Assembly: GCF_964355755.1 (NCBI RefSeq)
Contig: NC_092675.1
Coordinates: forward strand, 21,114,912 to 21,178,911
Direction: 5' to 3'
Length of the DNA: 64,000 nucleotides
DNA from: Antedon mediterranea
Lineage: Eukaryota; Animalia; Echinodermata
How positions within the stretch are numbered: position 1 is the first letter of the stretch; each line of letters begins with the position of its first letter. Under the pieces are notes generated by a model. The model ran no database searches and was not told the DNA's origin. It saw only the letters and a list, made by a program, of their open reading frames with translations. Of this stretch, positions 62,054 to 64,000 are shown in pieces. The translations under genes and the position numbers were made by a program.

Positions 62054-64000
62054 TAACGTTTTGCGAGGAAAAAAACACCAGATTCGTTTGAAATATTAAT
62101 GATATGCACTATTTGTTTTGTTTTATAATATTAGCATAGTTTGAGCTCATTACGAAACCTATTATGACACGGAAAAATGGGGTTGGAGAGTTATCTATAA
62201 ATGTGTTTTATAAGAGGTAAGGTACGAGCGAGTGACAACTTTAATGACATTACACTTGTCGTCACTTGTCGACACTATATTTTGTTGTCTGTTCTTCTTT
62301 CATTCTTGAGTTGTCAACTCGAATTTATAACCGAAAAAATCCATGAACTATTTTAATATCGAAACAATCATCATTAAATTTAAATCATTATATTATTTCC
62401 ATTTATACGTTGGCTAGTTCTTAATAATTACTAGTATTATTCTACAAATTAGTTACGTCTACAAATCATACAAAAAGATTTCAAAATTGTTAATAAACAG
62501 AGACGATTTTAACATGTAAAAAATACATAGAAATATATCACCAACAACAAGAAAATATACACATAGGCCTATATTGGAAATTTACAAAGAGACAACATTG
62601 TAATTTATATTTTTAATTACATTGTTAAATGAGTGTCCAATCTCGAAAAGTCTGCAGTTTATCGATTGAATTGATTACTGGATCCAACCATGGACCTTTC
62701 TTTTTTCATTTTGTTGTATTATAAAAGGTTTATTTGTTGTTAATAAATATATAAAGGAAAAAAAAGAAGAAAAAAGAGAAAATAGAGAAAATTGCAATAA
62801 TTTCATGAAATTTAAAATCATAAGATATGATAAATAAATATGTTTGATTGATGTTTTTGGGGGTTTTTTGTTTATTTTTTTATATACTGTATATATTTCA
62901 AATTCAATACTACCTACCTTAGTAGTACCTTAATAATTTATATTTTGTATTTGTTTATGAAAGATGAAAGAAAAAAAAAATGTTTACGTTGAATTGAATT
63001 GAATTGACCTTAGGCCCTCTTTCTAAATTCTAAAAAAAAAATACCGTAAGATAATTAGGCCTGCTACCCTACCAACCTATTACAGTATCAATACTCTAGC
63101 TAAATTGTTACTGGTAGGCCTAGGTTATTTATACAAGGCAAGTCAATCTTGTTTTATGATTCCACGAATATCATTTAAGCCTATGAATAATAAATACACG
63201 ACTTGAATGCAATAGTTTAGGCCTCACCGTCAAACTGTTGTTGTGTCAGGTCATTCGGGTGTGGTTCGAACATTCTGTACCGGGGGTCTATTCACACAGT
63301 AAGACAGTAGGCCTAAATAAGACATCATTTGTTATTACGTAAGAAGTTCAAAAAGACTGTCTCCAATCTCTCAACTTTGCGGTCGTCGCTTGTCATCTAT
63401 TCAATAATGAGACTATTTAAGTTTGTTCGATTGTTCTATTTATTTGACTATTAATTAATGGTTGGTTATTTATGGGAAGGAAGACACGCAGACAAATAAG
63501 TGTTTTCAGGGGAAACTGTGGGGTTCAATGCCTGTCCCGAAACCTTGACCGTGTCACAATCAAGATCAACGTAATCCTTTTGTAGCTAAAGTTTGATTAA
63601 AGATATTCTATTAAATAATCCAAATATAAAGTTTGTTACGTCATGTGAACAATGACGTAGCGTTTGCTGTGTTTAATATGTGAAGAAGTCTCAACTACAG
63701 AATTGCTTTCCGAATAAACAGAATTACTATACCTAAGGCCCAAGGGGCTTTAAAGACGGTTTAAACTCACATCTTTATTTTTTTTCAGAACGTTTAGCCT
63801 TCTTTTTCGTTAAAAATTAAATCGCGTATCGTGTAATTTGTTTAAATTAAAATGTTTAGTTTTTTTACTTCATTTCGTTTCGTAGGCATAAGCATTTATT
63901 TCTATTAATGGTGCATAGAAAATAAATTAAATAAAGAAGAAACATACAATTAATAGAGGATTTTACAATACAAGAAGTAAAACTTGTCACGTAAAACCCA

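Overview
AT-rich (roughly 70% by eye) animal genomic DNA, most likely an invertebrate; the species cannot be determined from sequence alone. The window holds the 5' half of one minus-strand TCF/LEF (Wnt effector, pangolin/TCF7L2-like) gene. A CpG-rich promoter lies at about 60.85-61.1 kb. Five coding exons (60834-60640, 60524-60422, 60128-60043, 3745-3649, 3007-2920) were spliced by hand with GT-AG boundaries and matching phases into a 189-codon frame carrying the beta-catenin-binding domain and the DPKTG/IPR..YPLSPG region. The HMG-box exons were not found and should lie left of the window. Intron 3 is 56.3 kb and holds many non-autonomous transposons (PIF/Harbinger-type MITEs, a Kolobok-type element, Helentron-type HINEs, pogo/Tigger remnants, tRNA-SINEs, LINE 3' ends) and minisatellites. 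Nearly all other ORFs in the track look spurious. Most notable observations: (1) a window-wide excess of TACAGTA/TACTGTA that appears as a 5-bp insertion at TA in tandem-repeat units, matching a Tc1/mariner excision footprint; (2) a candidate in-frame 18-nt micro-exon with a decayed duplicate; (3) an intronic 18-mer complementary to the end of exon 3 about 56 kb away; (4) a TCF HMG+Helper site cluster in the gene's own promoter.
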